DNA of 64,000 nucleotides from assembly GCA_026770705.1 (NCBI GenBank), contig JANJGN010000015.1:95728001-95792000 (forward strand). The letters are read 5' to 3'. The notes beneath the pieces were generated by a model, which had not been told where the DNA came from, did not search any database, and was given only the letters and a program-made list of their open reading frames with translations. This document shows positions 25,665-36,619 of the stretch, one piece after another (the stretch's first letter is position 1; every line of letters starts with the position of its first letter). The position numbers and the translations under genes were made by a program. Origin of the DNA: Isurus oxyrinchus (taxonomy: Eukaryota).

Positions 25665-25820
25665 TGGACTTACATCTTCCAGTTCTGATGGAAGGTAATT
25701 TACCTGAAATGTTAACTCAATTTCTCAATTCACAGTTGCCGCCTGACTTGCAGAATTGTCCCTGCATTCTTTTGTTCTTCATCTCCGATTTCTAGCATCC
25801 ACACGACTTGCTTTTATTGA
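25665..25820 (+). mobile_element. Decayed Penelope-type terminal repeat with hammerhead remnant
   Basis: AGTTCTGATGGAAGGTAATTTACCTGAAATGTTAACT followed by a decayed family tail (GATTTCTAGCATCCACA). Confidence 0.55.
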
Positions 25821-26177
25821 AGTCGTTACAACATTGCTGTAACAAATCAGGCTATAATTACAAAAAAACACACTGTCTAATTAAATGTTGGCAGACTCAG
25901 CAGCCTCTAAAACACTTATAGAACTGCCCTTCCAGAGTCAGCACGTCCAGAAAGCATTTTATAATGTAATAATGTATGGCCATGATATTAAAAGAAAATT
26001 TGATTTAACAATAATTCAGAAGCCCATCTACTGCAAAGCTTTTCACAAATGCCGCAAAGCCTTTATCTTAATTAATCCTTGCTCTAAAGAATGGACAGCA
26101 GAATTGGATGCCCAGTGGACAAGAGGCACTGATTGATTTGGAAATTCAATATGGCATCCATTTTGACTCAACTTCAA

Positions 26178-26545
26178 GGTGTACAAAATTATGAGGGGAA
26201 GAGATAGAGTGGGAAGGATAAAATTGTTTCCCTTGGTGGAGAATTCTAGAACCAGGGACATAGATTCAAGATAAGTGGCAGAAGGTGTAGGGGGGATATG
26301 AGGAAGAACTTTTTTACACAGAGGGAGTGGATGTCTGGAACTCACTGCCCAAGTTGATGGTAGAGGCAGAAACTCTGAAGTCTTTTTAAAAATACCTGGA
26401 TCTGCACCTTAAGTGCTATAAGCTGCATGGCTATGGGCCGGGTGCAGGAAGGTGGGATTAGGAAGGGCACCTGGGTGTCCTCGGGCTGGCATGGACAAGA
26501 TGGGCCAAATGGCCTCCTTCTGTGTTGTAACTTTTCTATGGTTCA
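26178..26545 (+). mobile_element. CR1 LINE 3' end, same subfamily as 9440-9950
   Basis: Near reverse complement of 9445-9810. Confidence 0.85.
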
Positions 26546-26634
26546 CTCATGACCATGGTACATAATCACATATACAGATAAAATTTGGATACCTTTAATC
26601 CCAATTCCTGTTATTGCAGATTTAACAGAAATAT

Positions 26635-27545
26635 GGGGCTGAATTTTCACCATGGAGGTGGGAAGCAGGCGTCATATCCATTTTTGGGTTAGAAACATGC
26701 CACAGAAATGGGATACTGATTAAAGTTCAGATTTTCATGTGGGGAAGCCCTTATTGTCATGGAGATGAGTTTCCTTTCCACCGAGTGGGGGTGGGAATGG
26801 AGGTGGGTCAGATGAAATGTGTGACTCATTTAGACACCCCATGGCAGCCATCAGTGGGGCTGCTGGTTGTTTTTAAGGAAGAATCTGCTGATTGTGCCAA
26901 AGCCTTTCATTACACGAGAGGAAAATGAGATGTCATAGGGAAGCTAGATGTTTGACGTCCAGGGCAGGACAGACCCTCACTTCATTGATGCTGACCTGGG
27001 TTTAATGCTGGAGGCCATGAGGGAGAAGAGAAGGTCCTGTTCCCTGACGATGCAAAGAGAAAGCCACCTGGTCATGTTGTAAGGGCACCTCTCTGTTTAA
27101 CATCATTCCCATCTGCCTCCAATCCCTCCTCCCCTATCACCTGCTGCTGCTCCCCAGGCAAACTGTTTATTTCCTGAACTTCATTGTCCTCAAGGTTCAT
27201 GCTTCTCTGGAGAGCCATGTTATGAAGAGTGCAGTAGACCACCACAATGACAGAGCTCCTTGCAGGAGGTTATTGCAGGGCACCACACAACTGGTCCTGG
27301 CCCCAGAATCACTTCTTTAGAAGCCTGATAATCCACTCAGTGGTTGTCCTACTGACTAGGTGGCGTTGGAAGCATCACCGCTGTGCTTCTGTCTGGGGCT
27401 CCCGTAGATGGGTCAGTAGCCATTTCTTCAAGAGATCTGCCTAGTCTCCTTGGATCTATTCATGCACTTTAAGGGTTGAAGTGAAGATCTGAGGCAGCCT
27501 AGATTGGCAGCAGATGAAGGAGCCACGGTAGCTGTTTGATACAAT
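26635..27545. mobile_element. Internally deleted, decayed PIF/Harbinger derivative
   Basis: Starts with TIR-like GGGGCTGAATTTTC; Myb/SANT-like remnant on plus (~26960-27075); transposase-like remnant on minus (~27170-27540). Confidence 0.55.
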
Positions 27546-27555
27546 CCACCAGTCT

Positions 27556-28410
27556 TTTGGCCCTCGAAGGTGCCCAGTCTACCTCAGATTACCATAGAAG
27601 GGCAAGATATCTCAAAAATTTGAGCAACAGGTGGGGCTAGCTGTTTCATGCTGCTACTATGCAGTAGCACCACGAGTGGTATTCGCCACTAACAGAACAC
27701 TGCCTACCATACAAATGAGTAATGTGAGATATGAATTTCAGTGCTAGTGTGATGCTAGGTATGTAGGCCATACATCCCAAAGGCTGGCATATCGCATCAA
27801 ACTGCATGTCCCAGCCACTGTCCGCAACAGGCAAGGTACAGACTGTACCCAACCAGCCCGTGCTTGCAAAACTCAGAACACCTTGTCCAACATTAGATAT
27901 GATTCTGAGATTGGATAACATTTGCTAAATAATCCTCAGTGTGCTAAGATTTATGTTGGTAACCAATTTAAGATTGTCAGTCAGGCTTGTCGTGTGGCGC
28001 ATTTATATGCACTGGAAGCTGCATATATTAATATACAGGGCACTGCTCTTTGCAGTCAGAAAGAACATGTACATGCATTGTGCCTGTTTCAGCTAAACAA
28101 AATAAGTGACGGCCATTCGTTGACTCATTTCTCACGAGAATGCCTTGACCAATCAGGGTCAAACTACCTGGGTTAAATTTCAAACAATGCTTGGCAGTTG
28201 ACTGTTAGTCACTATCACTGGTGCATTTTCCATGACAATGCCTCTACCAATCAGAGTCCACTTGCCAACCAATCAGTACTCTCTTCTCATACAGTATAAA
28301 TTGTTGTTTCCCTCTATATTGTTATTCTTGTGAAGTGTCCTGATGAGTGCAAGACGAAGAGCTTTGACATGTCTCTTTTTTCAGCAATACTTATGTTCTG
28401 TACTACCAAT
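27556..28410 (+). mobile_element. Penelope-like retroelement 3' fragment: GIY-YIG endonuclease pseudogene plus terminal repeat
   Basis: One frame with stops: CPVYLRLP*KG...SNVRYEFQC*CDARYVGHTSQRLAYRIKLH...SEIG*HLLNNPQC...LEAAYI, i.e. GIY-YIG motifs; terminal repeat follows. Confidence 0.85.
28335..28370 (+). ncRNA. Minimal type I hammerhead ribozyme motif in the Penelope terminal repeat (probably inactivated)
   Basis: GUGUC-CUGAUGA-GU(GCAAG)AC-GAAG-AGCU-UU-GACAU; GAAA has become GAAG. Confidence 0.7.
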
Positions 28411-29011
28411 GACTTATGGTGTTTCATCAGTATGAAATTTATGAAAATAATTTCCCTAATTGATATCACCCTAAAGAATGCATCTTAAATTACACTGTTA
28501 TTAGATTTGGGAATAAGATTGTATATTTTGTATTTTTGATTTTGTTTTTAAAATCCAAGATAATATTGCTACTAAAATATTATGGGATTTTTTTTAGAAT
28601 GCTCGCCAGGAACATAAAACCTTGCCTCCTACAGAAAATGGTCTCCTTAATGCATTTATTGCTGCATTTATTAATGATAATCGATTTGTTAATTTTCATC
28701 AAGTTGTCCCTTAATCTGCTTTCTAATTTATACACCTCACCTGAAGACAGTAACAATTTCTAGAGCACGCTACTATGAGTTCCATTGAAGTGCAGTGTAG
28801 GCAAAAGTGGCAAACATTTTGCACACAAGGAAATCCCACAACTAGATGACTGATAACTTAATGGGGGTAATTTTCAATGTCAAAGTCAGTGGAAGTAAAA
28901 ACTAGGAGAGAAAAAAAGAAAGACGTGCGTTAAGTAATAGACCACAGGATAACCAATGCGCTTTACAGCCAATGAAGTACATTTGGAGTATATTTACTGT
29001 TGTAAGAAACA

Positions 29012-29292
29012 TTCACAGAATCACGGAATTCTTACAGCATAGAAGGAGGCCTTGCAACCCATTGTGTTTGTGCTGGCTCTTCAAATGAGCAATGCACCTA
29101 TAACCATTCCCCTGTCACCTTTTCCTAACCCTGCACACTCTTCCTTTTTGGATAGTAATTTAATTCCCTCTTGAGTGCCTTGATTGAACTCGTCTCCACC
29201 ACACTGTTAGGCAGTGCATTCCAGATCTTAACCACTCGCTGCGTGAAACAGTTTCTCCTTATGTCTCCATTGCTTATTTTGCTAATTAACTT
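29012..29292 (-). mobile_element. CR1 LINE 3' end truncated by an LTR
   Basis: ORF 29125..29376(-): RRNCFTQRVVKIWNALP. Confidence 0.8.
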
Positions 29293-30258
29293 TGTTATGA
29301 TCCATGGCCAGACCCCAAGTTGTTTGGGATCAATAGTGTTTTGTTTAAAGTAGACAAAGTTTGAGATCCAAGACACTTACTAAGTGAAGAAAACCGCAAG
29401 ATTCCACAGGTTTAGAACAAACAAAAATAAAGTTTAGAAAGATAAAACAATTTACAATATCTATCTTATACACTAACATTCAGGGTAAGTATGAGGTACA
29501 TGTGAATTAACAAGCCCACTGAGGTTGAACAGAACACATTACACAATAAATGCCAAATGTGACCAAAATTGATTCCATGGATTCCTCAACAATCCACCCA
29601 GATGTTACTCACACTGTGAGTCAATCAATCTCATTGAAATTCGATCTCTCACAAGGGTTTCAAATCTTCACCTTTGAAGATCTCGCCTTGGAATTCTCTC
29701 AAAGGTCACTCCAACTTGAATGGCTTCAACAACGGCCCACCTCACAGCTCCAATCTCACCTTCTGAAATTATGTTCCCCTGGATGTCTGAGTACACTCAA
29801 GCTTCAACTTACAAGCACAATTTCAGATCTTCGACCATTCCAAGCAGAACACCACTGCTCCAAAAGAATACCTTTGCCCCAAAGGCTTGCAGCATGCATT
29901 CACCACCCTTTAGCTGCCTTCTTGGATTTTCAGGACTTCTCTCAACCCCACTTCACTTAAAGTCTGCTAACTGCAACAATTTTCATGCTTTTTAACTTAA
30001 CTGGTCTCTTCCTGTCCCTGTCCCCTGTTTGGGAGTGATTAAAACTGACTACTAACTAAAAGCTGACTCCCCAAGAAGTGTTATTCATTGACTCTTATAC
30101 TGATCCAGTAACCTATCACAACACTTCAAGAGGTCCCCATCCTTGTTACTAGGCAGGAACAAATGTAACAAGCAGGAGAACATCCTGTACCTTAAATGTT
30201 ATTATCTATACACAGAAACTTAGCACACAAAAATGCAGAAAGGATGGATTTCATAACA
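29293..30258 (-). mobile_element. LTR (3' LTR of a minus-strand element)
   Basis: Inverted termini TGTTATGA...TCATAACA; purine-rich PPT-like AAGGGAATGG directly precedes it on the minus strand (30268-30259). Confidence 0.75.
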
Positions 30259-30546
30259 CCATTCCCTTGGAAGAAAGAAAGCTTCACTAAAATGAAGGTT
30301 TCTTTACAATGGCTTCAAAATTTCTTTACAAAAGTACTTAACATCATAAAATCCTAACAAATGACATTACATACCTTTTCGTCTTGTTGCTCAAGTACAC
30401 ACATCACATTATAAAGTTACAAAGGTTTAACCAAAAAAAAGTCAGCATATGTAACAAGTGGGAGTAGCAGGATTTAAACAGCATAGAATTACCATAACTC
30501 AGATTCTCCCTTTTCTCCTATACTCTTTCTTTGAACTCTGAATAGA

Positions 30547-30578
30547 ACTTACCTGGCAGGGGAGAGACCTTCATCGCG
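30547..30578 (+). pseudogene. U1 snRNA 5' fragment forming the head of the LINE
   Basis: ACTTACCTGGCAGGGGAGAGACCTTCATCGCG versus vertebrate U1 nt 3-34 as I recall it (ACTTACCTGGCAGGGGAGATACCATGATCACG): 22/23 in the first part, 28/32 overall. Confidence 0.8.
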
Positions 30579-30598
30579 TTTCTGCCAGGGAAAGAGCA

Positions 30599-32117
30599 AT
30601 GGCTATAACCAGTCAAACCCCTTACCATGGGGTACCTAACACCATCCGAGTCATGGTGAAGGATAACGAGCAAGGAACAGGAATGGATAGGAACTTCTTC
30701 ACGAAGAGGATCCTATTCAAGCTGTGTGGTTTTGAGGCTGCGGATATCTACTGCCTACAGGATTTCCCCAGCGCTGGTTTCTTTGATGTGACCTTCAAGC
30801 ATGTGGCAGCTTGTGTCAAACTCCTGAAGGTGTTTGAGGAAAAGAAAGACCTGCCAGAAATGAAGATCCTGACGGCGCAGCCGCTCTTTGTTCTACCGTT
30901 GCATCATGAACGGGTTGCAACGATGCATCTGTACAACCCCTACGTCCCTGTCACTGACGTGCTCACCTTCCTTACCAGGTACTTCGATAAGGTTGGGAGC
31001 TGCACTGAAGTTAAAGATAATTTGGGGATCTGGACATGTAAACACCAGGTTAAGGTAACGCTCAAGACCGACGGTAAGGGAGCTGTTTTCCACCCCCCTT
31101 CCAGATTCGCTATTGGGGGAAGCCGTGGTTACCTTGCCTACGCTGGGCAACCCAAACTTTGTCACTCATGCGGCAAGTCTGGTCATGTGGCGGCCAATTG
31201 CAGTGCTGTCCTCTGCAAGAACTGCAAAAAGGAAGGGCACCAGACAAAAGATTGTAAACAGACTAAGTGCTGCAACCTGTGTGGCGAGGCAAGTCACCTC
31301 TACAAGACCTGCCCCAAACGTTGCTGTACTTATGCACAGGCAGCTAAAGCCAACGAGGGGGAAGCAGAAGAAATGCCTCGTGTCACTCCAACCACCAAGG
31401 CCCCCAGGGAAAACATTGGGACAAAGGAGGACACAGAGAGACAAGGTGGAGGAAAAAATTGAGGCAGCAGACAGCCAATCAACAGCACTGCCCCCTGAAC
31501 CTCCCACTCCTCAGGAGAGCGAATCAACGGAGGAGGAGGAGGCAGCAGTGGGAAAGCAGCAGGGGGAGTGGCAGCTGGTGAAGAGAGCCAAAAGGAAGAA
31601 GGGGCTAAAAAGAAACCAAGCCACCTCCCAGACAAGAGTCAAGAGGCGTCTCCTATCCGACACGGATAACAAGAGCAGCAGCTCTTCGGACGAAGAAGGG
31701 CCAGGGCGGCGCCAACAGAAGAAGCGGCAAAACGCTAGGGGGTTGGAGGACGAGTCACCCAACCTCCCGAACATTGGTGACAATGAGGAGACCAGCGCAC
31801 CCCAACTTGGCCCACAACCCAAAGAGGCCAGTGCACCACAACCCCAGGAATCTGGGAGCAGTGAGGTGCTCAGCGCACCCCAGCTCCAGGAAGCCAGGAG
31901 CAGCAACGCCCCAGAGGGGGAGAGGATTGGAGAAGCTTCTCCAACAGAGGACATTTCAAACCCCGCTCTCTGCACGGACCCCCAGATGCCACCCGAGCAG
32001 AACATCTCCAATGGGGAGGTTCAGGACGCTTTCCTCAGCCCATCCCAAGTGAAGCAATTTGAGCACACCACGGGCATGAAGAAACTCTCAGAGACAACAG
32101 GTTTGGTAAGCGACTAA
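30599..32117 (+). pseudogene. Tx1-type ORF1 (ZCCHC3-like N-terminal region, three zinc knuckles, low-complexity tail), one frameshift near 31430-31460
   Basis: CHSCGKSGHVAANC, CKNCKKEGHQTKDC, CNLCGEASHLYKTC in 30599..31462; continues in frame 31113..32117 (WQLVKRAKRKK). Confidence 0.85.
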
Positions 32118-32127
32118 CTGCTTTAAA

Positions 32128-34121
32128 ATGGGTGTAAAGATTGTATCCATAAATGTGCGTAGCATTAAATCTACTACGCGATGTGTTGCGACCTTGGACT
32201 ACCTTGCCAAGTCAAAGCTGACCTGCTGTTTCTACAGGAGTGTGCGATACCGCACCTCAGCTCCTAAAGTCAATGGTCACAATGGTGGTCCCATGGGCCA
32301 TCGATCTGGTCGGGAGGAAACGACTCTCGTTCCTCTGGCCTGGGGATTCTGCTGCGGGGAGGCAGCTTCACCGTCTCTCAGGTTAAGGAGGTGGTGGGCG
32401 GGCGCCTCCTCGTAGCAGACGTAATGTATAAGAATGCTCCACTCCGTTTAATTAACGACTGCGCCCCGTCCCAAGGGGCTGAGCGGCTGGAGGTTTTTCA
32501 GCAGCTCCCACTGCTGCTGGCAACCTCCAGGCCGGTGACTTCAACTGCATCATCGATGCGGCTGGACGATCCGGCAGGGCCGACAGCAGATTGGACGCTA
32601 CATCCAGATCCCTGATGGAAACAGTAAAGGATGCCAAGCTGCACAATGTCTTCAGCAACCCTGCAGATGGAGCGCAGCGTAGATACACCTGGTCGCGGCC
32701 TGACGGGTCTGTCTGTTCCAGGATAGACTTACTGTTTGTGTCCCGCGCATTTGCAGTCAGATCCACTGACGTCAAGCCGGTGTTCTTCTCTGACCACTGC
32801 CTCCTACTGGCTGACTGCCACTTAGAGAAGGACCAGAGGGTTGGCAGGGGGACATGGAAGCTAAACATGCAACTGCTGACCCCAGAGAACATTGAGGAGC
32901 TCAAGAGGGATTACAAAGGTTGGAGAACCATGAAACCCCACTTTGAGTCACTGACACACTGGTGGGAAGCGATCAAGGGAAACATCAAGAGGTTTTTCGT
33001 CCTCAAAGGCACCCAGAAAGCTAGAAAGGAACAGAGGGAAATGTCCCGACTCCAGAAAAACATGCAGAATCTGCTCTGGCTGCGGTCGATGGGGGTCGAT
33101 ATCAAGGAGGAACTCCAAGAGGTGAAGAGCCAGCAAGCCTCGCTCTTTGCCTCAGAGGCCTCCAAGATCATCTTCCGTTCCAGAGTCTGCTCTGTAGAGC
33201 AGGATGAGACGTGCTCACGTTTCTTCTTCCAAAAGGTACACAGAGAGAGCTCTGTGATCAGCAGCCTGAAGAAAGAAGATGGCTCAGTTAAGTCATTGCA
33301 ATCTGACATCTTGAGGATTAGCAAATCCTTCTATGCCGGATTGTATGACTTAAAGCCCACAGACAGCACGGCCTCCCAGTCCTTCCTGTCCTCTATCACG
33401 GAGGTCTTAGATGACAGTACACGGGAGAGTCTGGACAAAGCGCTAACTCCTGACGAACTGACTGAGGCCCTTGAGTCCTTCGAGAAGAGTAAAACTCTCG
33501 GAAGCGACGGCTTGCCGGCGGAGTTGTATTCGGCTCTGTGGGACTGGATCGGCCCAGACCTGCTAGAAGTGTACGACAGTATGCTCCTGGCCGGCAGTAT
33601 GTCAGAATCCATGAGGAAAGGCATTATCACCCTCATCTACAAGCACAAGGGGGAAAGGGAGGAAATTAGAAATTGGCGACCCTTTTCACTGTTGAATGTG
33701 GACTATAAAATTCTGTCCAAGGTCATCGCCATTCAAGTCAAATCCGCTCTGGAGTTGGTGATTCACCCTGACCAGACCTGCACTGTGCCGGGCAGGAAGA
33801 TCTCTGACAGCCTCGTGCTGCTCAGGGATACGATTGCCTATGTACAGGACAGGGGTGTGGATACCTGCCTCATCAGCCTGGATCAGGAGAAGGCCTTTGA
33901 CAGAATATCGCACACCTATATGGTGGATGTGCTCTCCAAAATGGGGTTTGGGGAGGGAATTCGCAATTGGATCCAACTGCTCTACACTAACCTCAGTAGT
34001 GCAGTCTCAATCAATGTGTAGCAGACTAGCACTTTCCAAGGTCCAGGACTACATGCTGAGGGACACAGTTAAGCTTGGGGCAGCCGCCGCAAAGGCGCAA
34101 TGGGGAAGGGTCGCTGCCTAA
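32128..34121 (+). pseudogene. Tx1-type ORF2 (APE endonuclease, N-terminal RT, extreme C-terminus), frameshifted and deleted
   Basis: KIVSINVRS, YTW, SRIDLLFV, FSDH (APE); NWRPFSLLNVDYKILSKVI, SLDQEKAFDRISH (RT); jump at ~34017 to CSRLALSKVQDY...AQWG. Confidence 0.9.
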
Positions 34122-35287
34122 GACCTTTCTGCCACAGTGCACTGGGGGGCTGGGAACTGTAAAGAGCCCCTCAGGCTGTACAGATTAAAATGTATGTCTG
34201 TCAATGATTGAAATATTCATTGTTTTTTCTGATACATCTTGTGTTTCAGTTTGTAAAAGTTGAACCTGTTTGTATTTTTGTAATGGTGATTTAAAATGTT
34301 CGAAATGTTTTTGAAGATTTATGAATAAAGTATATTTTTGCAAAAAAAATAGAACAGCAACTATATGGTTTTTGGTCATAATCTTTTCATGGTCACCCAA
34401 AGATAATGAAGATACATTAAAGTATTCTTTAGAAACATCTTGACCAGCTTGTATTTCTATTTAGTATTATGGTTTTCAACTTTGTTGGTGTGAATGCAAA
34501 CCAGTGCTCTGGCTGTTTTCCCCTTTTCAAATATGGATGCATATCAGTCATATTATGTGACACAAATGACTTTCACCTAGGCTTCTCAACTTTAATGCAG
34601 AAGGACATGGGATTTTTCTTACTCTCCTCCTCTGTTAATGATTGAATATGCATTCAATGGGTCCTTTGCATTTGCAACGGACACCATGTAAATTTGGCAA
34701 CCAACTTCAAAATTATCTTCCTCACTCATTTCTTCCATAACAGATTTTCTCTTTTCATTGTTTTGATCAACATCAGATGAATAAACTTGCACTGAGGGGC
34801 TATTCTTCTCTTTACTCAAGTCATTTTCTAGTTTATCTTAGATATATGCTACAAACATCTGGACACATTCATATTTTCCCCATTGACGTTTCAGAAATGG
34901 AACCTTCATTTCCACTTCTTTCACAATTTTATCCAAGTAGTTTACTCTCTTTTTCCAGTTTTTTTCCAAGCTTGTGTTAATATTTTCATTCAGCTTAGCA
35001 AATACTCTAGTGAGTTTAGTTGTCTTTGTTTCAGAGTTATCTGCAAAACCCTTATACAAGATTAACAACTTCAGATAGGCCTTCAGTTCATTTTGGAATC
35101 TTTCTTCTATAGTCACTGACTGCTCCTTTCACTTCTTAGATCCTCAATCTGTTTTCCTGAATTTTCCTTATCTGCTTTTAAAGTCTGGATTAGCGCTTCC
35201 ATACTGCACATCTCAACTTTCATGGTACACTGATCAGTTTTTCCTTCAATTGCTTGTTATCAGCAATAAGCTTCTTATACCTAGTAA

Positions 35288-35895
35288 GTCACTCCAACTT
35301 GAACGGCTTCAACGACAGACCACCTCACAGGACTTCAATCTCGCTTTCCGAGATTACATTCCCCTGGATTTCCAGGTACACTCAAGCATCAATTTATAAG
35401 CACAATTTCAGAGTTTGGCCATGCCAAGCAGAACACCACTGTTCCAAAGGAATACCATTGTCCCAATGGCCAACAGCACCAAGTCACCAGCCTTCGGCTG
35501 ATTTCTTGGATCTTCAGGGCTCCCTTTGTGCCCAATTTGTTTCAAGTCTGCTCCCTGCAGCACTTTCTTGAATTCAGAGCTTATTACTCTTCTCCTTTCT
35601 TTAATTTCAGTTAAGAGACCTATTTCTGCCCTCTAGTTTTTATCCTTCAACTGGGACTGCCTTTTGGGACCTCTCCCTGTTCCCCTCCCTGGTTTGGGAC
35701 CTCTCTCTCTGTCCCACTCCTGTGTCCTGCTCCCTGGGACACCTACAAGATCATCCATTCCAGGTCATCTGACCTGCTTTTGTGAGCCATTATGTTTCTT
35801 TTCTTCTGCACAGGCATGCAAGTGGCCTCTTTGTTTCCAAGATTTCATATGCAAACAACTCCCCACTGCCCATGGCCTTTAACCCATTTCTTACA
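35288..35895 (-). mobile_element. Diverged partial copy of the 29293-30258 LTR
   Basis: 35288-35525 aligns by eye with 29705-29940 (GTCACTCCAACTTGAA, AAGCACAATTTCAGA, CCAAGCAGAACACCACTG). Confidence 0.7.
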
Positions 35896-35896
35896 C

Positions 35897-36616
35897 TCAA
35901 GCCCTAGTGCCCAGATGGAACTCTAGCATCATGCCCTTGTAGTTCTGACACCCCCACCACCTGCATTTGCACTGCTCCACCCTCACTGGCACACTACCCT
36001 GCCTCTCACCTTTGGTGCTTGGATGAAGCCAGCATTGAGCTCCCACTTGCTTGCCACCTCCTTTTATCATGAGATCCCATGGGCCCCATGTGCCATGTTT
36101 TGTGGCATCCATTGAGGAGGAGGAAGAGCAGAGGGGGAGGGAGGTCCAGCCAGAGGCAAGCAGAGATCAGCAACTTCAGGGCCAAAGGAGAGCCTACTAG
36201 GGATCGGAACACAGGAGAAGGGTGCAGGTGGCATGTAACCAGCCTCCTGACAGCAGAAGAGGCTACCCTCCAGAGAGGATCTACTGTCCAAGGCTTAACT
36301 CTATGTGCAAGTGTCAGCAAAGTAGTGTCATCAAAGTCTGCACCTCTCCAGGGATGCTGTCATTGATCTATGTATCATGATGGAAGACGAGATCAACCCC
36401 ATGGGAGGTGATGGCCACCCAGCGCCAGTGGTTCTGAAAGTCATTGTGGCACTGCACTTCTCTTCAGGAATCCATGGAGATATGAGTGAGATCTCACAGT
36501 CTGCAGCACATCGATGCATCAAGGTGGTGACCAATGGCCTGTTCAAGAGGGCTAGCAAATATGTACATTTTTGCATCCATCTGGGCAGTCAAGCTAAGAT
36601 TGCCACTTCCAGGTAA
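35897..36616 (+). mobile_element. Harbinger transposase fragment (HARBI1-like)
   Basis: ORF 36377..36616 GHPAPVVLKVIVALHF...ISQSAAHRCIKVVTNGLF parallels 61187..61645(-). Confidence 0.8.
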
Positions 36617-36619
36617 ATC

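Larger units (their letters stand above)
30549..34347 (+). mobile_element. L1/Tx1-clade LINE with both ends present and an internal deletion in ORF2
   Basis: TSD AATAGAAC (30541-30548, 34348-34355); ORF1 with three CCHC knuckles; ORF2 with APE and RT; AATAAA at 34324-34329 and short poly(A). Confidence 0.92.

Noticed and set aside
30547-30720. Functional U1 snRNA gene
   Set aside because: Only the first ~30-45 nt match; no later stem-loops, Sm site, 3' box or upstream PSE are visible.
30599-31462. Host ZCCHC3 gene
   Set aside because: It lies within a TSD-bounded LINE directly before an APE-RT ORF2 and is frameshifted.
31166-33976. Antisense ORFs over the Tx1 element
   Set aside because: Shadow frames of GC-rich coding sequence with no recognisable motifs.
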